This document shows positions 11,294-26,400 of a stretch of DNA of 64,000 bases, one piece after another; the first letter of the stretch is position 1; the number at the start of each line of letters is the position of its first letter. This DNA is from the human T2T-CHM13v2.0 reference genome, Homo sapiens. Position numbers and translations under genes: made by a program. The stretch lies in NCBI RefSeq assembly GCF_009914755.1, contig NC_060944.1; one strand, given 5' to 3'. The notes beneath the pieces are model-generated. The model did not search any database. It was given only the letters and a program-made list of their open reading frames with translations, and was not told where the DNA came from.

Positions 11294-14200
11294 CAATGTC
11301 AGAACTTTTTTCATGATGTATCTACTCAGCAAACAGAGTTGAACCTTTCTTTTGAGAGAGCAGTTTTGAAACACTCTTTCTGTGGAATATGCAAGTGGGT
11401 ATTAGGCCAGCTTGGAGGATTTCGTTGGAAACGGGAATACGTATAAAAAGCAGACAGCAGCATTGTCAGAAACTACTTTGTGATGTTTGCATTCAAGTCA
11501 CAGAATTGAACACTCCCTTTCACAGAGCAGGTTTGAAACACTCTTTTTGTAGTGTCTGTAAGTGAACATTTGGATTGCTTTCAGGCCTAAGGTGAAAAAG
11601 GAAATATCTTCCCATAAAAACTAGACAGAAGCATTCTCAGAAACTTGTTTGTGATGTGTGCCCTCTACTGACAGAGTTGAAACTTTCTTTGCAAAGAGCA
11701 GTTTTGAAACACTCTTTTTGTAGAATCTGCAAGAGGATATTTGGATAGCTTTGAGGATTTCTTGGGAAACGGGAATGTCTTCAGATAAACTCTAGACAGA
11801 AGCATTCTCAGAAACTTCTTTGGGATGTTTCAATTGAAGTCACAGTGTTGTACATTCCCTTTCACAGAGCAGGTTTGAAACACTCTTTTTGTAGTGTCTA
11901 TAAGTGAACATTTGGCGTGATTTCAGGCCTAACGTGAAAAAGGAAATATCTTCCCATAAAAACTAGACAGAAGCATTCTCAGAAACTTGTTCTTGATGTG
12001 TGCCCTCTACTGACAGAGTTGAACCTTTCTTTGCAAAGAGCAGTTTTGAAACACTCTTTTTGTAGAATCTGCAAGAGGATATTTGGATAGCTTTGAGGAT
12101 TTCTTGGGAAACGGGAATGTCTTCAGATAAACTCTAGACAGAAGCATTCTCAGAAACTTCTTTGGGATGTTTCAATTGAAGTCACAGTGTTGAACATTCC
12201 CTTTCACAGAGCAGGTTTGAAACACTCTTTTTGTAGTGTCTATAAGTGAACATTTGGCGTGCTTTCAGGCCTAACGTGAAAAAGGAAATATCTTCCCATA
12301 AAAACTGGACAGAAGCATTCTCAGAAACTTGTTCTTGATGTGTCCCCTCTACTGACAGAGTTGAACCTTTCTTTGCAAAGAGCAGCTTTGAAACACTCTT
12401 TTTGTAGAATCTGCAAGAGGATATTTGGATAGCTTGGAGGATTTCGTTGGAAACGGGTATGTCTTCAGATAAACTCTAGACAGAAGCATTCTCAGAAACT
12501 TCTTTGGGATGTTGCATTCAAGTCACAGAGTAGAACATTCCCATTCATAGAGCAGATTTGAAACACTCTTTTTGTAGTATCTGGAAGTGGACATTTGGAG
12601 CGCTTTCAGGCCTATGTTGAAAAAGGAAATATCTTCCCATAAAAACTAGACGGAAGCATTCTCAGAAACTTATTTGTGATGTGTTTGCTCAACTAACAGG
12701 ATTGAACCATCGTTTTGAAGGAGCAGTTTTGAAACACTGTTTTCGTGGAATCTGCAAGTGGATATTTGGCTAGCTTTGAGGATTTCGTTGGAAACGGGAT
12801 TACGTATAAAAAGGAGACAGCAGCATTCTCAGAAACTTCTTTGTGATGTCTGCATTCAATTCACAGAGTTGAGCATTCCCTTTCATAGAGCAGGTTGGAA
12901 ACACTCTTTTTGTAGTATCTGGATGAGGACATTTGGAGCGCTTTCAGGCGTATGGTGAAAAAGGAAATATCTTCCCGTAAAAACTAGACAGAAGCATTCT
13001 CAGAAGTTTATTTGTGATGTGTGCCCTCAACTAACAGAGTTGAACCTTTCTTTTGATAGAGCAGTTTTGAAACACTCTTTTTGTAAAATCTGCAAGAGGA
13101 TATTTGGATAGCTTTGAGGATTTCGTTGCAAACGGGAATGGCTTCATATAAACTCTAGACAGAAGCATTCTCAGAAACTTCGTTGGGATGTTTCGATTGA
13201 AGTCCCAGTGTTGAACATTCCCTTTTATAGAGCAGGTTGGAAACACTCTTTCTGCATTCCCTGGAAGTGGACATTTGGAGCGCTTTCAGGACGACGGTGA
13301 AAATGGAAATATCTTCCAAGAAAATCTAGATAGAAGCAACGTCAGAAACTTTTATGTGATGGATCTACTCAGCTAACAGAGTTGAACCTTTCTTTTGAGA
13401 GAGCAGTTTTGCAACACTCTTTTTGTGGAATATGCAAGTGGATATTAGGGCAGCTTTGAGGATTTCGTTGGAAACGGGAATACATGTAAAAAGCAGACAG
13501 CAGCATTCTCAGAAACTTCTTTGTGATGTTTGCATTGAAGTCACAGAGTTGAACATTCCCTTTGAGAGAGCAGGTTTGAAACACGCCTTTTGTCATATCT
13601 GGAAGTGTCCATTCGGAGCGCATTCAGGCTTGTGTTGAAAAAGGAAATATCCTCCCATAAAAACTAGACAGAAGCATTCTCAGAAACTTATCTGTGATGT
13701 ATGTACTCAACTAACAGAACTAAACCATCGTTTTGAAGGAGCAGTTTTGAAACACTCTTTTTGCGGAATCTGCAAGTGGATATTTGGCTAGCTGGGAGGA
13801 TTTCGTTGGAAACGGGATTACATACAAAAAGCAGACAGCAGCATTCTCAGAAACTTCTTTGTGATGTTTGCATTCAAGTCACAGAGTTGAACATTCCCTT
13901 TCATAGAGCAGGTTTGAAACACTCTTTTTGTAGTATCTGGATGTGGACATTTGGATCGCTTTCAGGCCTATGGTGAAAAAGGAAATATCTTCCCATGAAA
14001 ACTAGACAGAAGCATTCTCAGAAACTTATTTGTGATGTGTGCCCTCAACTGACAGTGTTGAACCTTTGTTTTGATAGAGCAGTTCTGAAACACACTTTTT
14101 GTAAAATCTGCAAGAGGATATTTGGATAGCTTTGAGGATTTCGTTGGAAACGGGAATGTCTTCATGTAAACTCTAGACAGAAGCATTCTCAGAAACTGCT

Positions 14201-17200
14201 TTGGGATGTTTCAATTGAAGTCCCAGTGTTGAACATTCCCATTCATAGAGCAGGTTTGAAACACTCTTTTTGTACTATCTGGAAGTGGACATTTGGAGCG
14301 CTTTCAGGTCTACGGTGAAAAAGGAGATATCTTCCAATAAAAACTAGATAGAAGCAATGTCAGAACTTTTTTCATGATGTATCTACTCAGCAAACAGAGT
14401 TGAACCTTTCTTTTGAGAGAGCAGTTTTGAAACACTCTTTCTGTGGAATATGCAAGTGGGTATTAGGCCAGCTTGGAGGATTTCGTTGGAAACGGGAATA
14501 CGTATAAAAAGCAGACAGCAGCATTGTCAGAAACTACTTTGTGATGTTTGCATTCAAGTCACAGAATTGAACACTCCCTTTCACAGAGCAGGTTTGAAAC
14601 ACTCTTTTTGTAGTGTCTGTAAGTGAACATTTGGATTGCTTTCAGGCCTAAGGTGAAAAAGGAAATATCTTCCCATAAAAACTAGACAGAAGCATTCTCA
14701 GAAACTTGTTTGTGATGTGTGCCCTCTACTGACAGAGTTGAAACTTTCTTTGCAAAGAGCAGTTTTGAAACACTCTTTTTGTAGAATCTGCAAGAGGATA
14801 TTTGGATAGCTTTGAGGATTTCTTGGGAAACGGGAATGTCTTCAGATAAACTCTAGACAGAAGCATTCTCAGAAACTTCTTTGGGATGTTTCAATTGAAG
14901 TCACAGTGTTGTACATTCCCTTTCACAGAGCAGGTTTGAAACACTCTTTTTGTAGTGTCTATAAGTGAACATTTGGCGTGATTTCAGGCCTAACGTGAAA
15001 AAGGAAATATCTTCCCATAAAAACTAGACAGAAGCATTCTCAGAAACTTGTTCTTGATGTGTGCCCTCTACTGACAGAGTTGAACCTTTCTTTGCAAAGA
15101 GCAGTTTTGAAACACTCTTTTTGTAGAATCTGCAAGAGGATATTTGGATAGCTTTGAGGATTTCTTGGGAAACGGGAATGTCTTCAGATAAACTCTAGAC
15201 AGAAGCATTCTCAGAAACTTCTTTGGGATGTTTCAATTGAAGTCACAGTGTTGAACATTCCCTTTCACAGAGCAGGTTTGAAACACTCTTTTTGTAGTGT
15301 CTATAAGTGAACATTTGGCGTGCTTTCAGGCCTAACGTGAAAAAGGAAATATCTTCCCATAAAAACTAGACAGAAGCATTCTCAGAAACTTGTTCTTGAT
15401 GTGTCCCCTCTACTGACAGAGTTGAACCTTTCTTTGCAAAGAGCAGCTTTGAAACACTCTTTTTGTAGAATCTGCAAGAGGATATTTGGATAGCTTGGAG
15501 GATTTCGTTGGAAACGGGTATGTCTTCAGATAAACTCTAGACAGAAGCATTCTCAGAAACTTCTTTGGGATGTTGCATTCAAGTCACAGAGTAGAACATT
15601 CCCATTCATAGAGCAGATTTGAAACACTCTTTTTGTAGTATCTGGAAGTGGACATTTGGAGCGCTTTCAGGCCTATGTTGAAAAAGGAAATATCTTCCCA
15701 TAAAAACTAGACGGAAGCATTCTCAGAAACTTATTTGTGATGTGTTTGCTCAACTAACAGGATTGAACCATCGTTTTGAAGGAGCAGTTTTGAAACACTG
15801 TTTTCGTGGAATCTGCAAGTGGATATTTGGCTAGCTTTGAGGATTTCGTTGGAAACGGGATTACGTATAAAAAGGAGACAGCAGCATTCTCAGAAACTTC
15901 TTTGTGATGTCTGCATTCAATTCACAGAGTTGAGCATTCCCTTTCATAGAGCAGGTTGGAAACACTCTTTTTGTAGTATCTGGATGAGGACATTTGGAGC
16001 GCTTTCAGGCGTATGGTGAAAAAGGAAATATCTTCCCGTAAAAACTAGACAGAAGCATTCTCAGAAGTTTATTTGTGATGTGTGCCCTCAACTAACAGAG
16101 TTGAACCTTTCTTTTGATAGAGCAGTTTTGAAACACTCTTTTTGTAAAATCTGCAAGAGGATATTTGGATAGCTTTGAGGATTTCGTTGCAAACGGGAAT
16201 GGCTTCATATAAACTCTAGACAGAAGCATTCTCAGAAACTTCGTTGGGATGTTTCGATTGAAGTCCCAGTGTTGAACATTCCCTTTTATAGAGCAGGTTG
16301 GAAACACTCTTTCTGCATTCCCTGGAAGTGGACATTTGGAGCGCTTTCAGGACGACGGTGAAAATGGAAATATCTTCCAAGAAAATCTAGATAGAAGCAA
16401 CGTCAGAAACTTTTATGTGATGGATCTACTCAGCTAACAGAGTTGAACCTTTCTTTTGAGAGAGCAGTTTTGCAACACTCTTTTTGTGGAATATGCAAGT
16501 GGATATTAGGGCAGCTTTGAGGATTTCGTTGGAAACGGGAATACATGTAAAAAGCAGACAGCAGCATTCTCAGAAACTTCTTTGTGATGTTTGCATTGAA
16601 GTCACAGAGTTGAACATTCCCTTTGAGAGAGCAGGTTTGAAACACGCCTTTTGTCATATCTGGAAGTGTCCATTCGGAGCGCATTCAGGCTTGTGTTGAA
16701 AAAGGAAATATCCTCCCATAAAAACTAGACAGAAGCATTCTCAGAAACTTATCTGTGATGTATGTACTCAACTAACAGAACTAAACCATCGTTTTGAAGG
16801 AGCAGTTTTGAAACACTCTTTTTGCGGAATCTGCAAGTGGATATTTGGCTAGCTGGGAGGATTTCGTTGGAAACGGGATTACATACAAAAAGCAGACAGC
16901 AGCATTCTCAGAAACTTCTTTGTGATGTTTGCATTCAAGTCACAGAGTTGAACATTCCCTTTCATAGAGCAGGTTTGAAACACTCTTTTTGTAGTATCTG
17001 GATGTGGACATTTGGATCGCTTTCAGGCCTATGGTGAAAAAGGAAATATCTTCCCATGAAAACTAGACAGAAGCATTCTCAGAAACTTATTTGTGATGTG
17101 TGCCCTCAACTGACAGTGTTGAACCTTTGTTTTGATAGAGCAGTTCTGAAACACACTTTTTGTAAAATCTGCAAGAGGATATTTGGATAGCTTTGAGGAT

Positions 17201-20200
17201 TTCGTTGGAAACGGGAATGTCTTCATGTAAACTCTAGACAGAAGCATTCTCAGAAACTGCTTTGGGATGTTTCAATTGAAGTCCCAGTGTTGAACATTCC
17301 CATTCATAGAGCAGGTTTGAAACACTCTTTTTGTACTATCTGGAAGTGGACATTTGGAGCGCTTTCAGGTCTACGGTGAAAAAGGAGATATCTTCCAATA
17401 AAAACTAGATAGAAGCAATGTCAGAACTTTTTTCATGATGTATCTACTCAGCAAACAGAGTTGAACCTTTCTTTTGAGAGAGCAGTTTTGAAACACTCTT
17501 TCTGTGGAATATGCAAGTGGGTATTAGGCCAGCTTGGAGGATTTCGTTGGAAACGGGAATACGTATAAAAAGCAGACAGCAGCATTGTCAGAAACTACTT
17601 TGTGATGTTTGCATTCAAGTCACAGAATTGAACACTCCCTTTCACAGAGCAGGTTTGAAACACTCTTTTTGTAGTGTCTGTAAGTGAACATTTGGATTGC
17701 TTTCAGGCCTAAGGTGAAAAAGGAAATATCTTCCCATAAAAACTAGACAGAAGCATTCTCAGAAACTTGTTTGTGATGTGTGCCCTCTACTGACAGAGTT
17801 GAAACTTTCTTTGCAAAGAGCAGTTTTGAAACACTCTTTTTGTAGAATCTGCAAGAGGATATTTGGATAGCTTTGAGGATTTCTTGGGAAACGGGAATGT
17901 CTTCAGATAAACTCTAGACAGAAGCATTCTCAGAAACTTCTTTGGGATGTTTCAATTGAAGTCACAGTGTTGTACATTCCCTTTCACAGAGCAGGTTTGA
18001 AACACTCTTTTTGTAGTGTCTATAAGTGAACATTTGGCGTGATTTCAGGCCTAACGTGAAAAAGGAAATATCTTCCCATAAAAACTAGACAGAAGCATTC
18101 TCAGAAACTTGTTCTTGATGTGTGCCCTCTACTGACAGAGTTGAACCTTTCTTTGCAAAGAGCAGTTTTGAAACACTCTTTTTGTAGAATCTGCAAGAGG
18201 ATATTTGGATAGCTTTGAGGATTTCTTGGGAAACGGGAATGTCTTCAGATAAACTCTAGACAGAAGCATTCTCAGAAACTTCTTTGGGATGTTTCAATTG
18301 AAGTCACAGTGTTGAACATTCCTTTTCACAGAGCAGGTTTGAAACACTCTTTTTGTAGTGTCTATAAGTGAACATTTGGCGTGCTTTCAGGCCTAACGTG
18401 AAAAAGGAAATATCTTCCCATAAAAACTAGACAGAAGCATTCTCAGAAACTTGTTCTTGATGTGTCCCCTCTACTGACAGAGTTGAACCTTTCTTTGCAA
18501 AGAGCAGCTTTGAAACACTCTTTTTGTAGAATCTGCAAGAGGATATTTGGATAGCTTGGAGGATTTCGTTGGAAACGGGTATGTCTTCAGATAAACTCTA
18601 GACAGAAGCATTCTCAGAAACTTCTTTGGGATGTTGCATTCAAGTCACAGAGTAGAACATTCCCATTCATAGAGCAGATTTGAAACACTCTTTTTGTAGT
18701 ATCTGGAAGTGGACATTTGGAGCGCTTTCAGGCCTATGTTGAAAAAGGAAATATCTTCCCATAAAAACTAGACGGAAGCATTCTCAGAAACTTATTTGTG
18801 ATGTGTTTGCTCAACTAACAGGATTGAACCATCGTTTTGAAGGAGCAGTTTTGAAACACTGTTTTCGTGGAATCTGCAAGTGGATATTTGGCTAGCTTTG
18901 AGGATTTCGTTGGAAACGGGATTACATATAAAAAGGAGACAGCAGCATTCTCAGAAACTTCTTTGTGATGTCTGCATTCAATTCACAGAGTTGAGCATTC
19001 CCTTTCATAGAGCAGGTTGGAAACACTCTTTTTGTAGTATCTGGATGAGGACATTTGGAGCGCTTTCAGGCGTATGGTGAAAAAGGAAATATCTTCCCGT
19101 AAAAACTAGACAGAAGCATTCTCAGAAGTTTATTTGTGATGTGTGCCCTCAACTAACAGAGTTGAACCTTTCTTTTGATAGAGCAGTTTTGAAACACTCT
19201 TTTTGTAAAATCTGCAAGAGGATATTTGGATAGCTTTGAGGATTTCGTTGCAAACGGGAATGGCTTCATATAAACTCTAGACAGAAGCATTCTCAGAAAC
19301 TTCGTTGGGATGTTTCGATTGAAGTCCCAGTGTTGAACATTCCCTTTTATAGAGCAGGTTGGAAACACTCTTTCTGCATTCCCTGGAAGTGGACATTTGG
19401 AGCGCTTTCAGGACGACGGTGAAAATGGAAATATCTTCCAAGAAAATCTAGATAGAAGCAACGTCAGAAACTTTTATGTGATGGATCTACTCAGCTAACA
19501 GAGTTGAACCTTTCTTTTGAGAGAGCAGTTTTGCAACACTCTTTTTGTGGAATATGCAAGTGGATATTAGGGCAGCTTTGAGGATTTCGTTGGAAACGGG
19601 AATACATGTAAAAAGCAGACAGCAGCATTCTCAGAAACTTCTTTGTGATGTTTGCATTGAAGTCACAGAGTTGAACATTCCCTTTGAGAGAGCAGGTTTG
19701 AAACACGCCTTTTGTCATATCTGGAAGTGTCCATTCGGAGCGCATTCAGGCTTGTGTTGAAAAAGGAAATATCCTCCCATAAAAACTAGACAGAAGCATT
19801 CTCAGAAACTTATCTGTGATGTATGTACTCAACTAACAGAACTAAACCATCGTTTTGAAGGAGCAGTTTTGAAACACTCTTTTTGCGGAATCTGCAAGTG
19901 GATATTTGGCTAGCTGGGAGGATTTCGTTGGAAACGGGAGTACATACAAAAAGCAGAGAGCAGCATTCTCAGAAACTTCTTTGTGATGTTTGCATTCAAG
20001 TCACAGAGTTGAACATTCCCTTTCATAGAGCAGGTTTGAAACACTCTTTTTGTAGTATCTGGATGTGGACATTTGGATCGCTTTCAGGCCTATGGTGAAA
20101 AAGGAAATATCTTCCCATGAAAACTAGACAGAAGCATTCTCAGAAACTTATTTGTGATGTGTGCCCTCAACTGACAGTGTTGAACCTTTGTTTTGATAGA

Positions 20201-20476
20201 GCAGTTCTGAAACACACTTTTTGTAAAATCTGCAAGAGGATATTTGGATAGCTTTGAGGATTTCGTTGGAAACGGGAATGTCTTCATGTAAACTCTGGAC
20301 AGAAGCATTCTCAGAAACTGCTTTGGGATGTTTCAATTGAAGTCCCAGTGTTGAACATTCCCTTTCATAGAGCAGGTTTGAAACACTCTTTTTGTACTAT
20401 CTGGAAGTGGACATTTGGAGCGCTTTCAGGTCTACGGTGAAAAAGGAGATATCTTCCAATAAAAACTAGATAGAAG
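11294..20476 (+). repeat. HOR units U5-U7, three tandem 18-mers (starts 11294, 14355, 17416)
   Basis: 3061-bp spacing of marker ORFs at 9697/12758/15819/18880. Confidence 0.95.
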
Positions 20477-23400
20477 CAATGTCAGAACTTTTTTCATGAT
20501 GTATCTACTCAGCAAACAGAGTTGAACCTTTCTTTTGAGAGAGCAGTTTTGAAACACTCCTTTTGTGGAATATGCAAGTGGGTATTAGGCCAGCTTGGAG
20601 GATTTCGTTGGAAACGGGAATACGTATAAAAAGCAGACAGCAGCATTGTCAGAAACTACTTTGTGATGTTTGCATTCAAGTCACAGAATTGAACACTCCC
20701 TTTCACAGAGCAGGTTTGAAACACTCTTTTTGTAGTGTCTGTAAGTGAACATTTGGATTGCTTTCAGGCCTAAGGTGAAAAAGGAAATATCTTCCCATAA
20801 AAACTAGACAGAAGCATTCTCAGAAACTTGTTTGTGATGTGTGCCCTCTACTGACAGAGTTGAACCTTTCTTTGCAAAGAGCAGTTTTGAAACACTCTTT
20901 TTGTAGAATCTGCAAGAGGATATTTGGATAGCTTTGAGGATTTCTTGGGAAACGGGAATGTCTTCAGATAAACTCTAGACAGAAGCATTCTCAGAAACTT
21001 CTTTGGGATGTTTCAATTGAAGTCACAGTGTTGAACATTCCCTTTCACAGAGCAGGTTTGAAACACTCTTTTTGTAGTGTCTATAAGTGAACATTTGGCG
21101 TGCTTTCAGGCCTAACGTGAAAAAGGAAATATCTTCCCATAAAAACTAGACAGAAGCATTCTCAGAAACTTGTTCTTGATGTGTCCCCTCTACTGACAGA
21201 GTTGAACCTTTCTTTGCAAAGAGCAGCTTTGAAACACTCTTTTTGTAGAATCTGCAAGAGGATATTTGGATAGCTTGGAGGATTTCGTTGGAAACGGGTA
21301 TGTCTTCAGATAAACTCTAGACAGAAGCATTCTCAGAAACTTCTTTGGGATGTTGCATTCAAGTCACAGAGTAGAACATTCCCATTCATAGAGCAGATTT
21401 GAAACACTCTTTTTGTAGTATCTGGAAGTGGACATTTGGAGCGCTTTCAGGCCTATGTTGAAAAAGGAAATATCTTCCCATAAAAACTAGACGGAAGCAT
21501 TCTCAGAAACTTATTTGTGATGTGTTTGCTCAACTAACAGGATTGAACCATCGTTTTGAAGGAGCAGTTTTGAAACACTGTTTTCGTGGAATCTGCAAGT
21601 GGATATTTGGCTAGCTTTGAGGATTTCGTTGGAAACGGGATTACATATAAAAAGGAGACAGCAGCATTCTCAGAAACTTCTTTGTGATGTCTGCATTCAA
21701 TTCACAGAGTTGAGCATTCCCTTTCATAGAGCAGGTTGGAAACACTCTTTTTGTAGTATCTGGATGAGGACATTTGGAGCGCTTTCAGGCGTATGGTGAA
21801 AAAGGAAATATCTTCCCGTAAAAACTAGACAGAAGCATTCTCAGAAGTTTATTTGTGATGTGTGCCCTCAACTAACAGAGTTGAACCTTTCTTTTGATAG
21901 AGCAGTTTTGAAACACTCTTTTTGTAAAATCTGCAAGAGGATATTTGGATAGCTTTGAGGATTTCGTTGCAAACGGGAATGGCTTCATATAAACTCTAGA
22001 CAGAAGCATTCTCAGAAACTTCGTTGGGATGTTTCGATTGAAGTCCCAGTGTTGAACATTCCCTTTTATAGAGCAGGTTGGAAACACTCTTTCTGCATTC
22101 CCTGGAAGTGGACATTTGGAGCGCTTTCAGGACGACGGTGAAAATGGAAATATCTTCCAAGAAAATCTAGATAGAAGCAACGTCAGAAACTTTTATGTGA
22201 TGGATCTACTCAGCTAACAGAGTTGAACCTTTCTTTTGAGAGAGCAGTTTTGCAACACTCTTTTTGTGGAATATGCAAGTGGATATTAGGGCAGCTTTGA
22301 GGATTTCGTTGGAAACGGGAATACATGTAAAAAGCAGACAGCAGCATTCTCAGAAACTTCTTTGTGATGTTTGCATTGAAGTCACAGAGTTGAACATTCC
22401 CTTTGAGAGAGCAGGTTTGAAACACGCCTTTTGTCATATCTGGAAGTGTCCATTCGGAGCGCATTCAGGCTTGTGTTGAAAAAGGAAATATCCTCCCATA
22501 AAAACTAGACAGAAGCATTCTCAGAAACTTATCTGTGATGTATGTACTCAACTAACAGAACTAAACCATCGTTTTGAAGGAGCAGTTTTGAAACACTCTT
22601 TTTGCGGAATCTGCAAGTGGATATTTGGCTAGCTGGGAGGATTTCGTTGGAAACGGGAGTACATACAAAAAGCAGAGAGCAGCATTCTCAGAAACTTCTT
22701 TGTGATGTTTGCATTCAAGTCACAGTTGAACATTCCCTTTCATAGAGCAGGTTTGAAACACTCTTTTTGTAGTATCTGGATGTGGACATTTGGATCGCTT
22801 TCAGGCCTATGGTGAAAAAGGAAATATCTTCCCATGAAAACTAGACAGAAGCATTCTCAGAAACTTATTTGTGATGTGTGCCCTCAACTGACAGTGTTGA
22901 ACCTTTGTTTTGATAGAGCAGTTCTGAAACACACTTTTTGTAAAATCTGCAAGAGGATATTTGGATAGCTTTGAGGATTTCGTTGGAAACGGGAATGTCT
23001 TCATGTAAACTCTAGACAGAAGCATTCTCAGAAACTGCTTTGAGATGTTTCAATTGAAGTCCCAGTGTTGAACATTCCCTTTCATAGAGCAGGTTTGAAA
23101 CACTCTTTTTGTACTATCTGGAAGTGGACATTTGGAGCGCTTTCAGGTCTACGGTGAAAAAGGAGATATCTTCCAATAAAAACTAGATAGAAGCAATGTC
23201 AGAACTTTTTTCATGATGTATCTACTCAGCAAACAGAGTTGAACCTTTCTTTTGAGAGAGCAGTTTTGAAACACTCCTTTTGTGGAATATGCAAGTGGGT
23301 ATTAGGCCAGCTTGGAGGATTTCGTTGGAAACGGGAATACGTATAAAAAGCAGACAGCAGCATTGTCAGAAACTACTTTGTGATGTTTGCATTCAAGTCA

Positions 23401-26400
23401 CAGAATTGAACACTCCCTTTCACAGAGCAGGTTTGAAACACTCTTTTTGTAGTGTCTGTAAGTGAACATTTGGATTGCTTTCAGGCCTAAGGTGAAAAAG
23501 GAAATATCTTCCCATAAAAACTAGACAGAAGCATTCTCAGAAACTTGTTTGTGATGTGTGCCCTCTACTGACAGAGTTGAACCTTTCTTTGCAAAGAGCA
23601 GTTTTGAAACACTCTTTTTGTAGAATCTGCAAGAGGATATTTGGATAGCTTTGAGGATTTCTTGGGAAACGGGAATGTCTTCAGATAAACTCTAGACAGA
23701 AGCATTCTCAGAAACTTCTTTGGGATGTTTCAATTGAAGTCACAGTGTTGAACATTCCCTTTCACAGAGCAGGTTTGAAACACTCTTTTTGTAGTGTCTA
23801 TAAGTGAACATTTGGCGTGCTTTCAGGCCTAACGTGAAAAAGGAAATATCTTCCCATAAAAACTAGACAGAAGCATTCTCAGAAACTTGTTCTTGATGTG
23901 TCCCCTCTACTGACAGAGTTGAACCTTTCTTTGCAAAGAGCAGCTTTGAAACACTCTTTTTGTAGAATCTGCAAGAGGATATTTGGATAGCTTGGAGGAT
24001 TTCGTTGGAAACGGGTATGTCTTCAGATAAACTCTAGACAGAAGCATTCTCAGAAACTTCTTTGGGATGTTGCATTCAAGTCACAGAGTAGAACATTCCC
24101 ATTCATAGAGCAGATTTGAAACACTCTTTTTGTAGTATCTGGAAGTGGACATTTGGAGCGCTTTCAGGCCTATGTTGAAAAAGGAAATATCTTCCCATAA
24201 AAACTAGACGGAAGCATTCTCAGAAACTTATTTGTGATGTGTTTGCTCAACTAACAGGATTGAACCATCGTTTTGAAGGAGCAGTTTTGAAACACTGTTT
24301 TCGTGGAATCTGCAAGTGGATATTTGGCTAGCTTTGAGGATTTCGTTGGAAACGGTATTACATATAAAAAGGAGACAGCAGCATTCTCAGAAACTTCTTT
24401 GTGATGTCTGCATTCAATTCACAGAGTTGAGCATTCCCTTTCATAGAGCAGGTTGGAAACACTCTTTTTGTAGTATCTGGATGAGGACATTTGGAGCGCT
24501 TTCAGGCGTATGGTGAAAAAGGAAATATCTTCCCGTAAAAACTAGACAGAAGCATTCTCAGAAGTTTATTTGTGATGTGTGCCCTCAACTAACAGAGTTG
24601 AACCTTTCTTTTGATAGAGCAGTTTTGAAACACTCTTTTTGTAAAATCTGCAAGAGGATATTTGGATAGCTTTGAGGATTTCGTTGCAAACGGGAATGGC
24701 TTCATATAAACTCTAGACAGAAGCATTCTCAGAAACTTCGTTGGGATGTTTCGATTGAAGTCCCAGTGTTGAACATTCCCTTTTATAGAGCAGGTTGGAA
24801 ACACTCTTTCTGCATTCCCTGGAAGTGGACATTTGGAGCGCTTTCAGGACGACGGTGAAAATGGAAATATCTTCCAAGAAAATCTAGATAGAAGCAACGT
24901 CAGAAACTTTTATGTGATGGATCTACTCAGCTAACAGAGTTGAACCTTTCTTTTGAGAGAGCAGTTTTGCAACACTCTTTTTGTGGAATATGCAAGTGGA
25001 TATTAGGGCAGCTTTGAGGATTTCGTTGGAAACGGGAATACATGTAAAAAGCAGACAGCAGCATTCTCAGAAACTTCTTTGTGATGTTTGCATTGAAGTC
25101 ACAGAGTTGAACATTCCCTTTGAGAGAGCAGGTTTGAAACACGCCTTTTGTCATATCTGGAAGTGTCCATTCGGAGCGCATTCAGGCTTGTGTTGAAAAA
25201 GGAAATATCCTCCCATAAAAACTAGACAGAAGCATTCTCAGAAACTTATCTGTGATGTATGTACTCAACTAACAGAACTAAACCATCGTTTTGAAGGAGC
25301 AGTTTTGAAACACTCTTTTTGCGGAATCTGCAAGTGGATATTTGGCTAGCTGGGAGGATTTCGTTGGAAACGGGAGTACATACAAAAAGCAGAGAGCAGC
25401 ATTCTCAGAAACTTCTTTGTGATGTTTGCATTCAAGTCACAGAGTTGAACATTCCCTTTCATAGAGCAGGTTTGAAACACTCTTTTTGTAGTATCTGGAT
25501 GTGGACATTTGGATCGCTTTCAGGCCTATGGTGAAAAAGGAAATATCTTCCCATGAAAACTAGACAGAAGCATTCTCAGAAACTTATTTGTGATGTGTGC
25601 CCTCAACTGACAGTGTTGAACCTTTGTTTTGATAGAGCAGTTCTGAAACACACTTTTTGTAAAATCTGCAAGAGGATATTTGGATAGCTTTGAGGATTTC
25701 GTTGGAAACGGGAATGTCTTCATGTAAACTCTGGACAGAAGCATTCTCAGAAACTGCTTTGGGATGTTTCAATTGAAGTCCCAGTGTTGAACATTCCCTT
25801 TCATAGAGCAGGTTTGAAACACTCTTTTTGTACTATCTGGAAGTGGACATTTGGAGCGCTTTCAGGTCTACGGTGAAAAAGGAGATATCTTCCAATAAAA
25901 ACTAGATAGAAGCAATGTCAGAACTTTTTTCATGATGTATCTACTCAGCAAACAGAGTTGAACCTTTCTTTTGAGAGAGCAGTTTTGAAACACTCTTTTT
26001 GTGGAATATGCAAGTGGGTATTAGGCCAGCTTGGAGGATTTCGTTGGAAACGGGAATACGTATAAAAAGCAGACAGCAGCATTGTCAGAAACTACTTTGT
26101 GATGTTTGCATTCAAGTCACAGAATTGAACACTCCCTTTCACAGAGCAGGTTTGAAACACTCTTTTTGTAGTGTCTGTAAGTGAACATTTGGATTGCTTT
26201 CAGGCCTAAGGTGAAAAAGGAAATATCTTCCCATAAAAACTAGACAGAAGCATTCTCAGAAACTTGTTTGTGATGTGTGCCCTCTACTGACAGAGTTGAA
26301 CCTTTCTTTGCAAAGAGCAGTTTTGAAACACTCTTTTTGTAGAATCTGCAAGAGGATATTTGGATAGCTTTGAGGATTTCTTGGGAAACGGGAATGTCTT

